Shown: positions 13,071-25,981, numbered from the whole stretch's first letter. The stretch is DNA of 63,799 bases, filler included, from Nemertoderma westbladi (GCA_032718475.1; 3 parts of 3 records of this genome joined end to end with filler, not necessarily neighbours in it), one strand, 5' to 3'. Notes: generated from the letters alone by a model not told the origin. Translations and numbers: made by a program.

Positions 13071-14540
13071 TAGAGGATTTTGAAGATGTTTCAAAGCATA
13101 TATATTCACTTTATATTTATTATAATCGATTTTTCGCTCCTCCGTAGGCAAGAATACAAAAACACGCTCCCTCATGATTCTACTGTAATTTAGAAATGCA
13201 ATAATCACAACATAATTATTCCCTTCCCCTTCCCTAACCGCAATACCCCATTGTCATCTACACCCAATATCACGGCTTCCCCAATCCGGTCACCTTTCCA
13301 TTCACCTATAATTGCAATATTACCAACCTCTCTGCAAGCTATCACTGTCCAGTAAGGGAGCTTCCTATACAAATACCTCCCTTCCCTCCCATTGGAGCTA
13401 TCCTATACAAACCTATCCCTTCCTTCTGCTTGTATTAACCCTTACACAGTCAATAACAGGGAATATTTCTGTATACAATAAACTATATGAGATAGTGACA
13501 ATGAACGTTTATTGGTCAGTCTGTAACGAATCAATATCAACTATCTTTTACATGTGTTTAACGTAATTATTGCACAAGAAAGACAGATTCTGAATAGGTG
13601 ATAATTAGGGGTCAACTTCACATTGACCCCAGATACCGGGTTTAAAAGGGCTTAATTTGGTGAATTAAACAGTCAGTAACCACAGGCCTTAGTAGATGGC
13701 ATCATCGGCAGCTAATCTAGGCTCTGCTTCTTGGTTTCGGACCTACGCTGTGCAATTACTTTGATCCTGTAAGGGGACCTAGTGTTTGCATGTGTGGGTA
13801 AGGCTCCCACTGAACTGAGCTTTGGCCGACCAGTACTGGAGCGCTAGCGCATTCTGCCCGCTGGCTACTCCGTTCGTCCCAGGATCAACGGTTTTTGTGA
13901 GGACAAAGTAGCAGTAATCTTCCCGGGTTTTGTTTTGACTCTGTCAGATTACGGCTGGTGTTTGTACTATTGCCAGATTTCCAATAGTGTGAAGCTGCAC
14001 TAAGTTTATTACGACGTGAACCATCTCCTATTTTTCGATAGACTTTGTATATTTTTAAGAGTATTTTAGCATAACGAAACGACTAAAATACTGCATTTTC
14101 TGTACTACTTTCGGTTACAATTTTTTGGATTGTATTATTTTTCGAGGCTATACTTTGGATCCTAACGGACCCAAAACACCCCTCACCCGGTTTCTCTTTT
14201 CCTCATCCCAGAGGTTTTTCTATGGTGTTACAGTCTATGGTGTTTTAGGGTGCCTGTTTGGATCGTTATTGCTCTGGGTTCATTTGAGTCATCCGTTAGT
14301 ATTCATCATCTCATTAGTAACAAGTAACATCATGCGTTAGCAAGGCAGATTTCTTAGTTTTGTTCGCATGGAGACTAAGTCTTACCTTTGCCACAATATG
14401 GCGAAGAGGGATAAGGGACAAAGAGTAATCCAGTGCAGTCTTCTACGAGACCGAATATGGTCTATCTGAGTTATGATGTAATATTAAGGTTTTGTTCGGA
14501 AATGGAAAAAATGAGGAAGCACATCACCGGGGGTTGAATC

Positions 14541-14582
14541 AGCGCTATACGTTTCGGCCTATCAGGCCTCATCAGTAGCGCT
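14541..14582 (-). ncRNA. Minimal type I hammerhead ribozyme motif (Penelope-type)
   Basis: Minus strand AGCGCTA-CTGATGA-GGCCT-GAT-AGGCC-GAAAC-GTA-TAGCGCT gives stem I, the CUGAUGA core, stem II, GAAAC and a GUH site. Confidence 0.7.
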
Positions 14583-14705
14583 AGCCAGTTCAGCCACTTG
14601 CCCCTGGCAATTATTCTCCTATCAGATCCGACCTCAAGACTGTTTGTTCAATATAAGTTGATTAGATGGGAGAGTAAGTGTCTGAAGCAAGTGGCTGAAC
14701 TGGTT

Positions 14706-14751
14706 AGCACTACTGATGAGGCCTCATAGGCCGACATGTACGAATAGCGTT
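14706..14751 (+). ncRNA. Degenerate hammerhead ribozyme motif, inverted copy
   Basis: AGCACTA-CTGATGA-GGCCT-CAT-AGGCC-GACAT-GTAC-GAA-TAGCGTT; GAAA core mutated. Confidence 0.55.
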
Positions 14752-15247
14752 GGTTTCAACCTCCCATGACGTGGTTCCCCATTTTTTCCATTTCTGAACA
14801 ATCTCTGATGTATCTGTATTACATCATTAATTACAGTTGCATTGTAAAAATTTTTCATATAAAAAGGCTTTTATCATGAGGTTTTTTTCTATAACAAATA
14901 TTTGACCTTCTGACGGTAGTATGGTATTTTTTTCAAATAAAATGTGTTCTAGAACAAAAATATTTTTCAAAACTGATAACCAACACTTGTTCTATGACAT
15001 TAACAATAAAATTAGCAAAAACTAGCGGTACTGGTTCAGTATGCGTACACCTCCCACCAAATTTTTTATTCTAATAAGTTTTTGATAATTTCTTTTTTTT
15101 TAATGTTCTAGAACATGTTAGCTATTTGTTTATAAAAAATAATGTTCTAGAATAAATATTTTCGTTCTGGAACATCTTTTTAGAAATAAACAAGGTTTGT
15201 ATTAAAATCATATGAATTCGTTATATCAACAGTATTTAGCATTTTAA

Positions 15248-16921
15248 CCCTTTGCACACGGCTTAATAAACTTTCATTGATCTCAAATCCGGCAGATTTT
15301 ATAAAAATGAGCTATAATTTAGAACGTGTTAGAAATCAAATTATTACACTGTATTATTAAAATGAACTATAATAATGTAATAAATTATTTATAATTTATC
15401 AATTTTAACTATATCATTAACTAATTTACTAATTAATGAGTTTATATTTATTTTATAAAAAAATTTTTTTTAAATTTTCATTTTATATTTTTTTTTTCAT
15501 TTTCGAAATTTATTTTTTATTTTAATTGTATAAAAATCAATGATATGTCATATTTGTATATTTAACAGATGGTTTATCACTATTCAAACGTATAAACAAT
15601 ACGATATATAGATATTATACAGAATAGTCCATTTTATTATAAAACAATCCTAAAGGTACTTTTGGTAATTCTCGAAACAAGCACCCATATGTAATGTAGG
15701 TTTGTCAGGACAACTGCCACACTGATAACGTGATTCCGAAACCCTAGTGCATTGCAAACACCTTTTTGATATCATTAGAAGTAACATCAGTCCACTGTAC
15801 AGTGTGTTTACGCTTTCCAAATCTATTCAATTCACTGTAATTCCGTTTCTTTGCGCGACTGTTAGTCCATTCAGCAATTTTCGAGAATAATTCTTCGTCC
15901 AGAATTTTTAGTGCAAATTCAGCTGCATATTCTGGAACAGCAACTTGTATTCCGGTAGGCTTGTAGTCGGATTGACCTCTGTAATATGGCAAGTCTGACT
16001 TTCGTTTATCAGTATCAGGTACCGCAACACCCCAACCAGAATTGATTGGATATATTGGATGCAGCGGTACTGGGAGGGCAGTGGATGGAGTTGATCTGGG
16101 AAGGGGATCTCCTTCAGCTTCACTTTCGTCAGCTGAAGATTCAGAAGCAGAACTGATTGATGATACATCTTCGTCGTTGTCTTCATCTGTACTACTGTCA
16201 AAGCCATATCGTCTGACTGGCAAAGCTATTCTACGTGGACGTTTTGCATATCTGTCTAATATAGACATTGCTTCCGCATTGCATATACTGTAGGTTTATC
16301 AAATAAAATAAAATGTACCCTATATTCCTAAATAAATAACAAATTATAGACAAGCTGACAAGTAAGTTTCAGAGAAATTAAATAGAAAATAATATTTCAA
16401 AATAAATCCATCCATTCATAAAATAAAATAAAACGTACAAACAGATCAGAAACTGGCTGGTTTCAACTGTGAACTAATCAATATAAATATCACTAATACA
16501 GTAACAAACAAAATAATAATAATACAAAGTATCTGAGAACATCCATTATCAAAAACCAATAAAATTCAGACATGGGAAAGTGCAACTATGGTGTGTAAAT
16601 ACAATAGCTTGCTGCCATGAAATATCTTCTCGTAATACACAATATGTGAATGTAATGAATGGGCTTACTATAATAATACTAATATATATTACTACTAGTA
16701 ATATAGGAGACCATTACAACAATACCACGAACAAAATGACCAATGAGAGATCGCCTAGGTAAGTTATTATTGTCTAAAGAGAGTTCCGGCTATAATATAC
16801 TGCAATGAATTCAGATCCGGCTGCTGCTCCCCTCTAGAACGTTTCAATAAACCTGCAACGGGCACCGCCCGTTTGCCGGAGGTCCAGTGACGGGCACTGC
16901 CCGTCTGCCGTGTGCAAAGGG
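15248..16921 (-). mobile_element. Internally deleted piggyBac transposon
   Basis: TTAA|CCCTTTGCACACGGC ... GCCGTGTGCAAAGGG|TTAA; ORF 16268-15744 has an acidic N-terminus and IAEWTN..WTDVT..IKK, joined out of frame to the Cys-rich C-terminus RYQCGSCPDKPTLHMGACFENYQ (~15740-15660); DDD core absent. Confidence 0.9.
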
Positions 16922-16999
16922 TTAATGATTCTCAGGAAACTTTATTCTCTTTTACCAAAACTAGCTAGTCCTATACACTATGTGCATTGAATTTCCGAG

Positions 17000-17165
17000 T
17001 TTCAGTTAGTTATCATTCTATAATGTTTCATGGTAACAACCACGGTGAGTTGAACCAGTTGTGTTTCAAATTTCAAGCAATATGATAAAGATTTGTAGAA
17101 CAATTTGGGGGGGGGGGGGGGGGGGGGGTCCGTGTCATCAGAAAATGACACTATAGTACGTGTCA
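17000..17165. repeat. Single arm of the MITE family also seen at 25575-25981
   Basis: CGGTGAGTTGAAC.AGTTGTGTTTCAAATTTCAA.CAATATGATAAAGATTTGTAGAA-polyG-TCCGTG shared. Confidence 0.7.
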
Positions 17166-17964
17166 TGGTGTAATTGATATGAAAGGCTATTTTTTTTGGT
17201 ACACTGGTTGTTATTAAATAATAAATAAGACAGATTATAAATTTTATCACAATATATTACACTACTTATTTAATATGGATTACGGCCACATTAATAAAAT
17301 TTAAGAAAGTTCACCAAAAATATTTTCATATTTTCATTATTAATTTTATTTAATGTAATCTTTATTAATACAACGGATTGTAAAATTTACATAGACCCAA
17401 TACAAATTTACACAATTTTAACTCATAAATTTACATTTTCTTAACTTGCTTAATAAAATAAAGATAGTATTAGTGATAAAAGGCGACATCAGTGGGATAG
17501 AAAAATACATTGTTAAAAACGGAGTTTAAGGAGAGAGCGATCAAAGGAGAGTCAACGGTGCAATGAATAACAACAGAATGATATGAACATGTATAAATAG
17601 TAAACGAGCATTTGACATAGTGTAAAAATGAATAGCCAGGTGGATGGATGTTAGAGCGAAAAACCTGGGCATTGACTGCGGGGCAACTATATATATGTGA
17701 CACGTTCGTGGGGACTTCGCGCAGCACGAGGCCTGGTTATTATATACAAATTAAAATGCAGCGACTGTATCACAAAATCAGGTTTTGAGAAATTTACCCA
17801 CACCACCAATCAATCAAAGAAAGGTGGACAGTACGTGTTCACCCCTTTTAATCTCCCCCCCCCCCCCCCCCCCCCCCCCCACCCTTCCCAACCACCAATA
17901 CATAACCGCGACATCTACCACCCACGGAAGGGTAGCACGAACTTATTTCCAATCGCACGTTAAA

Positions 17965-18265
17965 TATGCAAAGCCAGGTGGTTTATAGGAATATAATAAA
18001 CGCAGTACTCGTTTTCATTATAAGCCTCTTTGCGTTCGTCCTGTTTTGTATTTAAATATATTTCTTAAACGCAAGCTAGGACGATCTTTATAATAATAAT
18101 AACTAGGGATGCGATCAATATGTGAAGCCAGGTGGTTTATATAATAATTTAGTCAACGCAGTACTCGTCTTCATTATATGCCTTGTTGCGCTCGTCGCTT
18201 GTCCTGTTTTGTCATAAAATATTTTTCCTAAACGCAGACTGACGATCTTTATACAGTTATAACTA
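17965..18265. repeat. Diverged direct duplication of ~130 bp
   Basis: AAGCCAGGTGGTTTATA..AACGCAGTACTCGT.TTCATTATA occurs at ~17970 and ~18125. Confidence 0.6.
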
Positions 18266-18949
18266 TGCGAAGTTTCGAAACTGTGCGAGTAACTGTTGAT
18301 ACATCTATGTGGAGATGTGTGATATGTGGAGATGTGTGATACAACGCCAACGCATCTTATGCCGATGTAGTAATATGGGTATTGAAATAATATTAAATCA
18401 ATGTACACTCTTAAAGCTGCAGCGAAAAAATGTAGCTAATTTCCTAGGTTACATATAAAATAATAATATTATTTTTAAGAACATTAATTTTACTACTTTG
18501 CAAAAATTCAATTAAAAAATAACCAGACATATACATTGTGGAATAAACTATTTCAGAAGCCTACAACAGCCATGCCATGGATTGTATTTATGTTATTATA
18601 TCTGTCATTTAACTGAGATAGCAATAGTAGTAATAGTCGAACGGTTATGCGGCCCGTCCAGCCTATAATAAACACAATTCAGTGATTGGGCTGGAATAGC
18701 AATACTGGTTGCCTCTATTACAATTCCTCTCAGGTTAGTCTACAGCCACAACTCCCAGCAGGTAGCTCCACACCATCAGAGACTTGACCAATAATGGGAA
18801 GGATTAAATTTGTACTCAATAATTGTGCGGTTTAATTACGTTTAGATCAATTAAAGACACATTTATTAAAGCAAATCACTTAAACTAATTAAAAACTATA
18901 ATAGAATGGCGTATGGGGATTATATCTGTATAATTTTTAATTATAATTA

Positions 18950-19265
18950 TTTAAATCTTATACTGTAAAACAATTAATTTCCTTTAAAAGGCAGGTTGAA
19001 AATGGCGTTTTCACCGCAATCAACTTAATTAACTAATTAACTGCTATTATCTTAGCTTCTCGAAGGCCACACGGAAATTCTACTTGGAAAATTTCTAAAG
19101 TTTTGCCAAACAACATGTGTACCAAGTTTGGATAGATTTCATCAAAGATTGGCCGAGTTATTAACGTTTAAAATTGAACACGACAGAACGACAGAACGAC
19201 AGAACGACAGGTTGATTAATGGTACCACTACGCTAAGGCTCACTCACTTCGTGGCTCGCCCCACA
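18950..19265. mobile_element. Possible Helentron/DINE-1-like non-autonomous element fragment
   Basis: (GACAGAAC)n microsatellite, ACCAAGTTTGG motif, GC-rich terminal hairpin GGCTCACTCACTTCGTGGCTCGCC. Confidence 0.4.
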
Positions 19266-20090
19266 CGTCACTTGCTGATTGAAAGCATAGTTTGCAAGTG
19301 CAGGGCTCTGTAGGGCGCCAGCAGCCGGATGAGCATAACTTTGATGCATTCCATTAGAGATGAGTTGAGCCGCTGCTCGACGACGCATCTTAGATAGGTA
19401 TCGCAGGTCTATTGCGGCCTGAGATGGTCTATCTACAGCTTCTAGAACCCGTGTGGTGGAAGAAAACTTGCTGATGCCGCACCACAGTTTGAAGAAGAAT
19501 CCACGAGTCTTAATGACATGAGGGAGGGATGTGTGTTTGTTCTTGTTGGGTTCGAAGATAATACAGCCGTAAGTGCACGCTGGAAAGATTACACATTCCC
19601 ACAACTTGTGTGCAGATTCCCAAGATATTGCTAGCAGGTCGACAGTTGCGGCGAGTCTCAGGCTGGAGGCGATAACCTTGGTGTAAAGGTGTGAGTAGTG
19701 ACCAGAAGGAGTGTTTTTGGTTGTCAGGGCAACACCCAAATAACAGAACTTGTTTACAAACTCAAGTTCTTTATTATTATAGATCAGCTTATCATTGCGC
19801 GCGAGTTGGCCTCGTCGACGGAACTTTAATACTTTTGTCTTTTTTAGGTTCATGTTAGACTATTAAGCGCACAAAAAGCTTCTAATTTGATAAGTGATTC
19901 CTGAACTGAACTTAGTGAGTTACCATATATAACCAAATCATCAGCGTACAATAGAAGAAACACTGCGGTGACGGCTATAGCAGCCGGGAGATCAGCGATG
20001 AAGAGGCTAAATAGGAGAGGCGATAATTTATCACCTTGTAGGACTCCGATCATTTGGCTGATTGGCTCTGTTAGGTACAAGCCAATGCTC
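19265..20090 (-). pseudogene. 5'-truncated LINE RT C-terminal fragment (same family as 61632-62290)
   Basis: GVLQGDKLSPLLFSLFIADL, LLYADD, FCYLGV; frameshift at ~19850. Confidence 0.8.
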
Positions 20091-21206
20091 AATCGAAGAA
20101 AGTTCACAGCTAAATGGACCATATCGCATGAATGAAATGTCGGCTGATGTTAGAGCATTTGATAAAATATGTTCTTTCACTCTCAATTTTCATATATTGT
20201 GACCTCTTTCTATTACTTAATAAACCATGCAAAATGAAGGCAAAATGTCCGGTCTGATGCAATGAACGGAGTTGCGCTAGTGTACCTCTCACCGAGGGCC
20301 GCTCACTGTATCTGTTTATTTACCCTTTTTCCCTTCGATGTATTGATTTGCTCTATATTTCATTTAGTTCGGTACGGTATTTGATTATCTATTGTATTTA
20401 ACTGAGATACGATACCGGGAGGGTGTGACAACACAGTATAACAAGCAAATGACTGACTAATTAATTCTGTAAGGACTCAAGTCTGGTGATTGTGTTTCCC
20501 TTTAGGGGAAACGTATAGTAGTGACAAGTCTTTGGGTCTAATTATATTGATATCACTACAGTATTCAATTTGTGACAACTCTCAATCGTGATGTAATTAA
20601 TAATAAGAGCTTTGCTTATATTAATGGTCTGAAATATCGCCATATATTAATTATTTAGTAAGTCAGAGATATGACAACACACAAATCTGATACAATTGTC
20701 CAGATTATCACTGATACTTAGTTACAGCAACCCACCTGTTGTGGCGCGTGTAAAACCTCCTTGATTCTGTAATATCGGCGATATATTAAGCAAATAATAA
20801 AGACAAATTGAATTTACCAGTAGAATATCCAATATACGATAAATAATTATAATTCAATTATTAACTCTTTAAGTTTAGACCTTAGGCCTGTAATAACCAC
20901 CAGTCAATTAAACTTGACCGGGGATCAGTGCCTCTGCATGGGCAATACGACTTCTTCTGTCCAACAATAACAAAAAGAGTGAATCAACCACAGAACTAAT
21001 CGTACTTATATACCAGCTTATCAGTAAGGAGCATAGCCAATAAGGCATCACGGATTCCTTGAGGCTTACAGGCCGAATACATTAGCTCGGATATGCAGTA
21101 TAATGGCACTAGATGGCGTCACAACCCTCAACAAGGAATTATCTAACAGAAATAGCCAATATTATATCGTAACCGACTTTATCAATATAAAATGGTGTTT
21201 TGAGCT

Positions 21207-22248
21207 TAACCATATTACCACTGGGGGGGGGGGGGGGGGGGGGGCGAATCGGCCCCTTCTTAGTTTTTAATTGCTGTAACTATGCAACCACATTACGTAC
21301 CGGCCCAATGTTTATTGAGAATTAGCCAAATTTAATGCCGCATCTTTTGCAAAAAACGACGTTGCAATTGGATTTCTACTTTTCGATGTGGGTGCCACCT
21401 CAAAATTTGGTCTCCTGCACCAAATTTTTTGAAATTTTCGAATTTTACAAAGTCAATTTTTTTTAGTAATTATTTATGTTTGGGCTATTTTTATTTATTT
21501 TTATTGGTTTGGATCACTCTAATGCTCTATACAAGTATGTAAGTGTAGTGGTACGTCATTTTTGGAACACTAAATCTCACTAAAAAAACTTTCAAAATTA
21601 CTTTATTCGGAAAATTTACTAAAGTTTTGATTTCGAAGCATTTTTATTGGTTTTCTGGAGCGCTGAATCGATTGAAAGTAATATAGAAGCCTGAAGACTT
21701 AGTGGTTCGCCATTTTTGGTGCACCAAAATTAGGGCGTGGCACTTCAAATTTTGAAAAATACGAGATTCGGAAAATACACTAAAGTTTTGATTTGCAAAG
21801 CATTTTTATAGGTTTTCTGGAGCGCTGAATCGATTGAAAGTAATATAGAAGCCTGAAGACTTACTGGTTCGCCATTTTTGGGGTGCACCAAAATTAGGGC
21901 GTGGCACTTCAAATTTTGAAAAATACGAGATTCTGAAAATACACTAAAGTTTTGATTTCAAATAATATATTTTATGTGTTTTCTGGAGTGTTGAATGGAT
22001 TGAAAGTAATATTGAAGATTCAAGTCTTGGCGGTACGTCATTATTGGTTCACCACAATTAAGGTGTGGCACTTTCTTAAAATGCCACGCTCCAATTTTGG
22101 TGTACGAAAAATGACGAACCACTAAGTCTTCAGGCTTTTGTATTAATTTCAATCGATTCAGCGGTCCAGAAAACCTAAAATATGCATTAAAATCTCAACT
22201 TTGGTGTATTTTCCGAATCTCGTATTTTTCAAAATTTGAGGTGCCACG
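21207..22248. mobile_element. Non-autonomous DNA element starting TTAA|CC with internal ~170-bp direct and inverted repeats, cut by the gap
   Basis: GCGCTGAATCGATTGAAAGTAATATAGAAGCCTGAAGACTTA repeated at ~21660 and ~21822, diverged at ~21990, and inverted at ~22120-22165. Confidence 0.55.
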
Positions 22249-22348
22249 NNNNNNNNNNNNNNNNNNNNNNNNNNNNNNNNNNNNNNNNNNNNTTAATTAA
22301 TTAANNNNNNNNNNNNNNNNNNNNNNNNNNNNNNNNNNNNNNNNNNNN
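22249..22348. other. Artificial contig linker (N-TTAATTAATTAA-N)
   Basis: 100-base spacer with a six-frame stop motif. Confidence 0.95.
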
Positions 22349-22614
22349 CGATCTATAGGCCCTAGATAAATAAAATGACCTTCAAAAAATTTGAAACACT
22401 ATTTACAACATAATTATGGTCTGATGGTACCGGTAAGACATTTCTATTTCAGGATTTAGGACCAACAAACTTAGTGAGTGAACCTGTGCCTTCTCCGCTT
22501 CTCGTATCAGTCCTATATACTGATATACCTGACAGCCTGAGTACAGCTAACAGCGGTCTGGGTCTGACAGTAGCCAGTAGGCCTACCTGACAGCTGACAC
22601 TGGAGTACCTGTAT

Positions 22615-23062
22615 GGAATCCATCAAAAAAGTGCGCCGGATAGCGCGCCAACCAATTTTTATGCGCGCCGCGCGCCGATGCAATTTCGAAGAAACCCCGC
22701 GCCAACGAAATTTTTAAGCGCGCCGCACATTGAAACAATTTTGAAGAGCGCCGCGCCAATGCAATTTAAATTTTGAAGGAGTGGAACCAGTCTGCCAATG
22801 TCAGTACTGTACTGATGTACAGTACATGTCAGCATGTCCCTGTTCAGCAGTAACCATACAACAGAAAAAAGAACAAAGAAAGGCGAGCGAAGCGAGCCGA
22901 AATTTTTTAACAGCTAATAATTCAATTTTTAAGGCACTTCCGTAATTGTTAAACCAACAAATTGGCGCCGGTTTTTATTTTTGGGAGCGCCAAAGCCGGC
23001 GCACTTTACGATTTTCGAGCGCGCCACATTGGCGCGCTTTTATTGTAAAGTGTATGGATTCC
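22615..23062. mobile_element. MITE with TGGAATCCAT...ATGGATTCCA termini and GCGCGCC subterminal repeats
   Basis: Inverted termini and repeated GCGCGCC motifs at both ends; a related partial end lies at ~23250-23340. Confidence 0.55.
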
Positions 23063-24074
23063 AGTCTGGCTGGAGTAGTGCAGTAGTGACAGAGTGAGTA
23101 CTGCTGTACTGTGGTCGTACAGTCGTAGCTCGTACAGTCGTACCGGTAGGACCTACTAACGTCTAAACGTTGGTCGTACTCGTACAAGACATGCGATAGA
23201 CTGATAGAGTAGAGACACAAGACAGCCTCAACAGATCTGCCACAGCCCTATATGGAATACTGACAAAAAGCGCGCCACACGCGTTCTGGTTAAACGAAAA
23301 TCGCGCCAGCCATGATATCTAATGCGCGCCAAGCCAACAATTGACTATGAAATTTTGCAGTAATTGCTTAATTGTAATAATTTATCAGTTTAAAATTTTG
23401 TAGCCCTACGCTACAGTATGTTAACATTAAAATGCGAGCGTAGCGAGCACGGAAATTTTCCATTTATGTTAACATAAATACAGTCTGGACTGTCTGACAG
23501 TAATAGTCAGATAGTGCTGTAGTTGTAGTAGTAGTAGTAGTAGTTGTAGTAGGTCAACGTCACAGACGTCAACTGACTGTTTTTAAATGCAGATGTGATC
23601 ATGATGCGAGCGTAGCGAGCACGAAAATTTTAACATTTAAATTTAACATTTAAAGTTGGCAAACCGACTGTTTTCAAATACAGAAATGCAGATGTCATTA
23701 AACTGCGAGCTGGCGCGAGCGTAGCGAGCACGGAATTCTGCTGAATCATGCAGGCTGTCATGGTTTTATTGGTTTGAAGAATCTGACAATTGAAAAACTT
23801 TTGAAACAATAAGTCATGTTTTTAATGGTCATGCTCAATCTGTCCGTTTCCATTTGTCCACAGCCAGACAGTACTAAGAGTAGACTTGTGGGCCTAGTAA
23901 AACTGTAAAACGCAAGCGAAGCGAGCGGACATTTTTCAATCTTTTTAAACCTATGGAATAATTTCAAATAGAGCTGTAGAGTGGGATGTGTTGCTAGTGC
24001 ACTGCTACATGTGCTACGCTACCTCCTACTGTCCTAACCTAACCCTACATCGCTACACCCATATTCGCACCAGG

Positions 24075-24195
24075 ACCGTCAGGATCCTCAATGCTGCAAT
24101 GCGCGCTACACGCCCCTGTCACTACACGCCAGGATCCTTAATCCGCGCCACACGCCCCTGTCACTACGCGCCAGGATCCTTAATCCGCGCCACAC
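24075..24195. repeat. ~42-bp tandem repeat, about 2.5-3 copies
   Basis: ACACGCCCCTGTCACTAC.CGCCAGGATCCTTAATCCGCGCC repeated. Confidence 0.75.
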
Positions 24196-24711
24196 ATGTT
24201 GAGCAAACTCTACATAAATTCCAACCTGGGCCACAGCCAATCCTGCAATCAAACAGATCAAATAGGGGCCTACTGAAATACTCATCATACATCATATGGG
24301 TGTCTAACCTAATCTGCCAAACAAGACTGCAAGAAGGAAAGCAAAACCTGACAGACAAAACGTAACCTGACAGAATCTTAATCTTACTGGTTTAATGTTT
24401 AATATTGAGGTGCTGAGGTGGGGGAAGCAGAAGCTTATCCTATTGTGTAGGCCTATTGGTTCTGTTTTCTGTTACTGCTGCTTAGGTCAGTAGGTAGGTA
24501 GCTGGGTAGGCCTACTGTCCTGTCACAGTCTGACAGTGTCAGACTGTTTGTTTATTAGGCCAAATTATTAGGCCTACCCCTACAGCCCTAAAGTAACAGT
24601 GTATAGCAGTAGAGTTTACGTTTCTATTTTTATTTTGCGATAAATTTAATTCAGTTGGATTGGATTCCGTTTCTTCTTTCGCATCGCCTATATCTGTGAA
24701 ACGCGCAGTTT

Positions 24712-24875
24712 ATGTCTTCCAAAGACGACGGTTCCGGTTCAGGTGATGCGGGAGGTGGGGATTATCCACAGCCGAACAGAAGTTCCAATTCGAACGATGG
24801 TACCGGTAGTTCTAGAACGCAGACACTAACTCTCCCTCGGGACCCACAGCAAGATGAAACCGACCAAATTGTTAG
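24712..24875 (+). CDS. BAK1: Bak-like Bcl-2 family protein, exon 1
   Basis: ATG 24712; the donor AG|GTTGG joins exon 2 in phase 2, giving TDQIVRGFMYYRMEHEQ, which resembles Bak helix 1. Confidence 0.7.
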
Positions 24876-25021
24876 GTTGGTTGACGCCTCGACGCTCGAC
24901 GGTATCTAATAATACTGTAGTAAACTTAATATAAACCTCCTTTGAGTAGGTTTATTCAGACTACCGATACAGTTATACAGTAGGTTCTGCAGTTTGCAGT
25001 ACTGGTAGCATACTAGGCCTT

Positions 25022-25296
25022 TATTTTCTCTCCTATATTTCCCCTGTAAAGTTTTTATTTTCTTCCTTATATTCCCCCCCTAGAGTTTTTATTTTCTCCT
25101 TTATATTTCCCCCCTAGAGTCTTTATCTACTTCCCTATATTTCCCCACTAGAGTCTTTATTTACTCCCATATATTTACCCCCTAGAGTCTTTATTTACTC
25201 CCATATATATTCCCCCTGGACTCTTTATTTACCCGCTTATATTTCCCCCATAGACTTTATTTACTCGCTATATCCCCCCCCTCCACCCCCCTAGAG
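25022..25296 (+). repeat. ~34-bp degenerate tandem repeat built from the 3' splice acceptor (about 8 units)
   Basis: Units TCTTTATTTACTCCCATATATTTCCCCCTAGAG; the last unit ends in the real acceptor TAG|AG. Confidence 0.8.
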
Positions 25297-25546
25297 GTTT
25301 CATGTACTACCGCATGGAACACGAACAGCTGCGTGAACGCGGCCACGAGGGCGTGGTATCGACCCCGGGCATTGACGTCTTTATGAACTTCAACCGACTT
25401 AATCCCATCGCACACGTAGCGCGGTCACTCGCGACAATAAGTGAGGATATAAACGAACGCTACGCAGACGTGCTCGACGAGATGATAAGATCGTTGTCAG
25501 TGAACGAGCACACAGCCTACAGCACCTTCAGAGATATAGCCAGGAG
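25295..25546 (+). CDS. BAK1: Bak-like protein, exon 2 (BH3)
   Basis: VARSLATISEDINERY (BH3), AYSTFRDIARR; acceptor CTAG|, donor AG|GTAGG. Confidence 0.85.
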
Positions 25547-25574
25547 GTAGGGAAGACAAGTTAACCATCAGCTG

Positions 25575-25981
25575 TCATTTTCTGATGACATGGACCCCCC
25601 CCCCCCCCCCCCCCCAACTTTTTCTACAAATCTTTATCATATTGCTCGGAATTTGAAACACAACTAGTTCACCTCACCGTCGATGACCCCATGAAGCCGG
25701 AATTTTCGATTTTGCATTTAAAGATTTGTTATAAGCGTTTTAAAAAAGTGTCTTTTGCGAAATCACACCCTCAGTATCATTGAATGGCCACGATAACGGA
25801 GGGTGCGATTTCGCAAAAGACACTTTTTTTTAAAACGCTTAGAAACAATTCTTAGAAGGCAAAATCGAAAATTCCGGATTCATGTGGACATATCGACGGT
25901 GAGTTGAACTAGTTGTGTTTCAAATTTCAAACAATATGATAAAGATTTGTAGAAAAATCTGGGGGGGGGGGGGGGTCCGTG
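25575..25981. mobile_element. Foldback MITE in Bak intron 2
   Basis: ~190-bp arms that are mutually complementary, with polyC/polyG near the termini. Confidence 0.8.

Noticed and set aside
17106-17128. Numerous long polyG/polyC runs across the window
   Set aside because: Mostly parts of MITE termini; homopolymer lengths are unreliable and there is no independent evidence of function
22249-22348. TTAATTAATTAA motif inside N runs (also 49240-49339)
   Set aside because: Artificial six-frame-stop contig linker; adjacency across it is not biological evidence
24876-24909. Alternative Bak exon 1 donor at 24902 (G|GTATCT)
   Set aside because: Needs the second AG of TAGAG and inserts residues that break the Bak helix-1 alignment; the 24876 donor fits better
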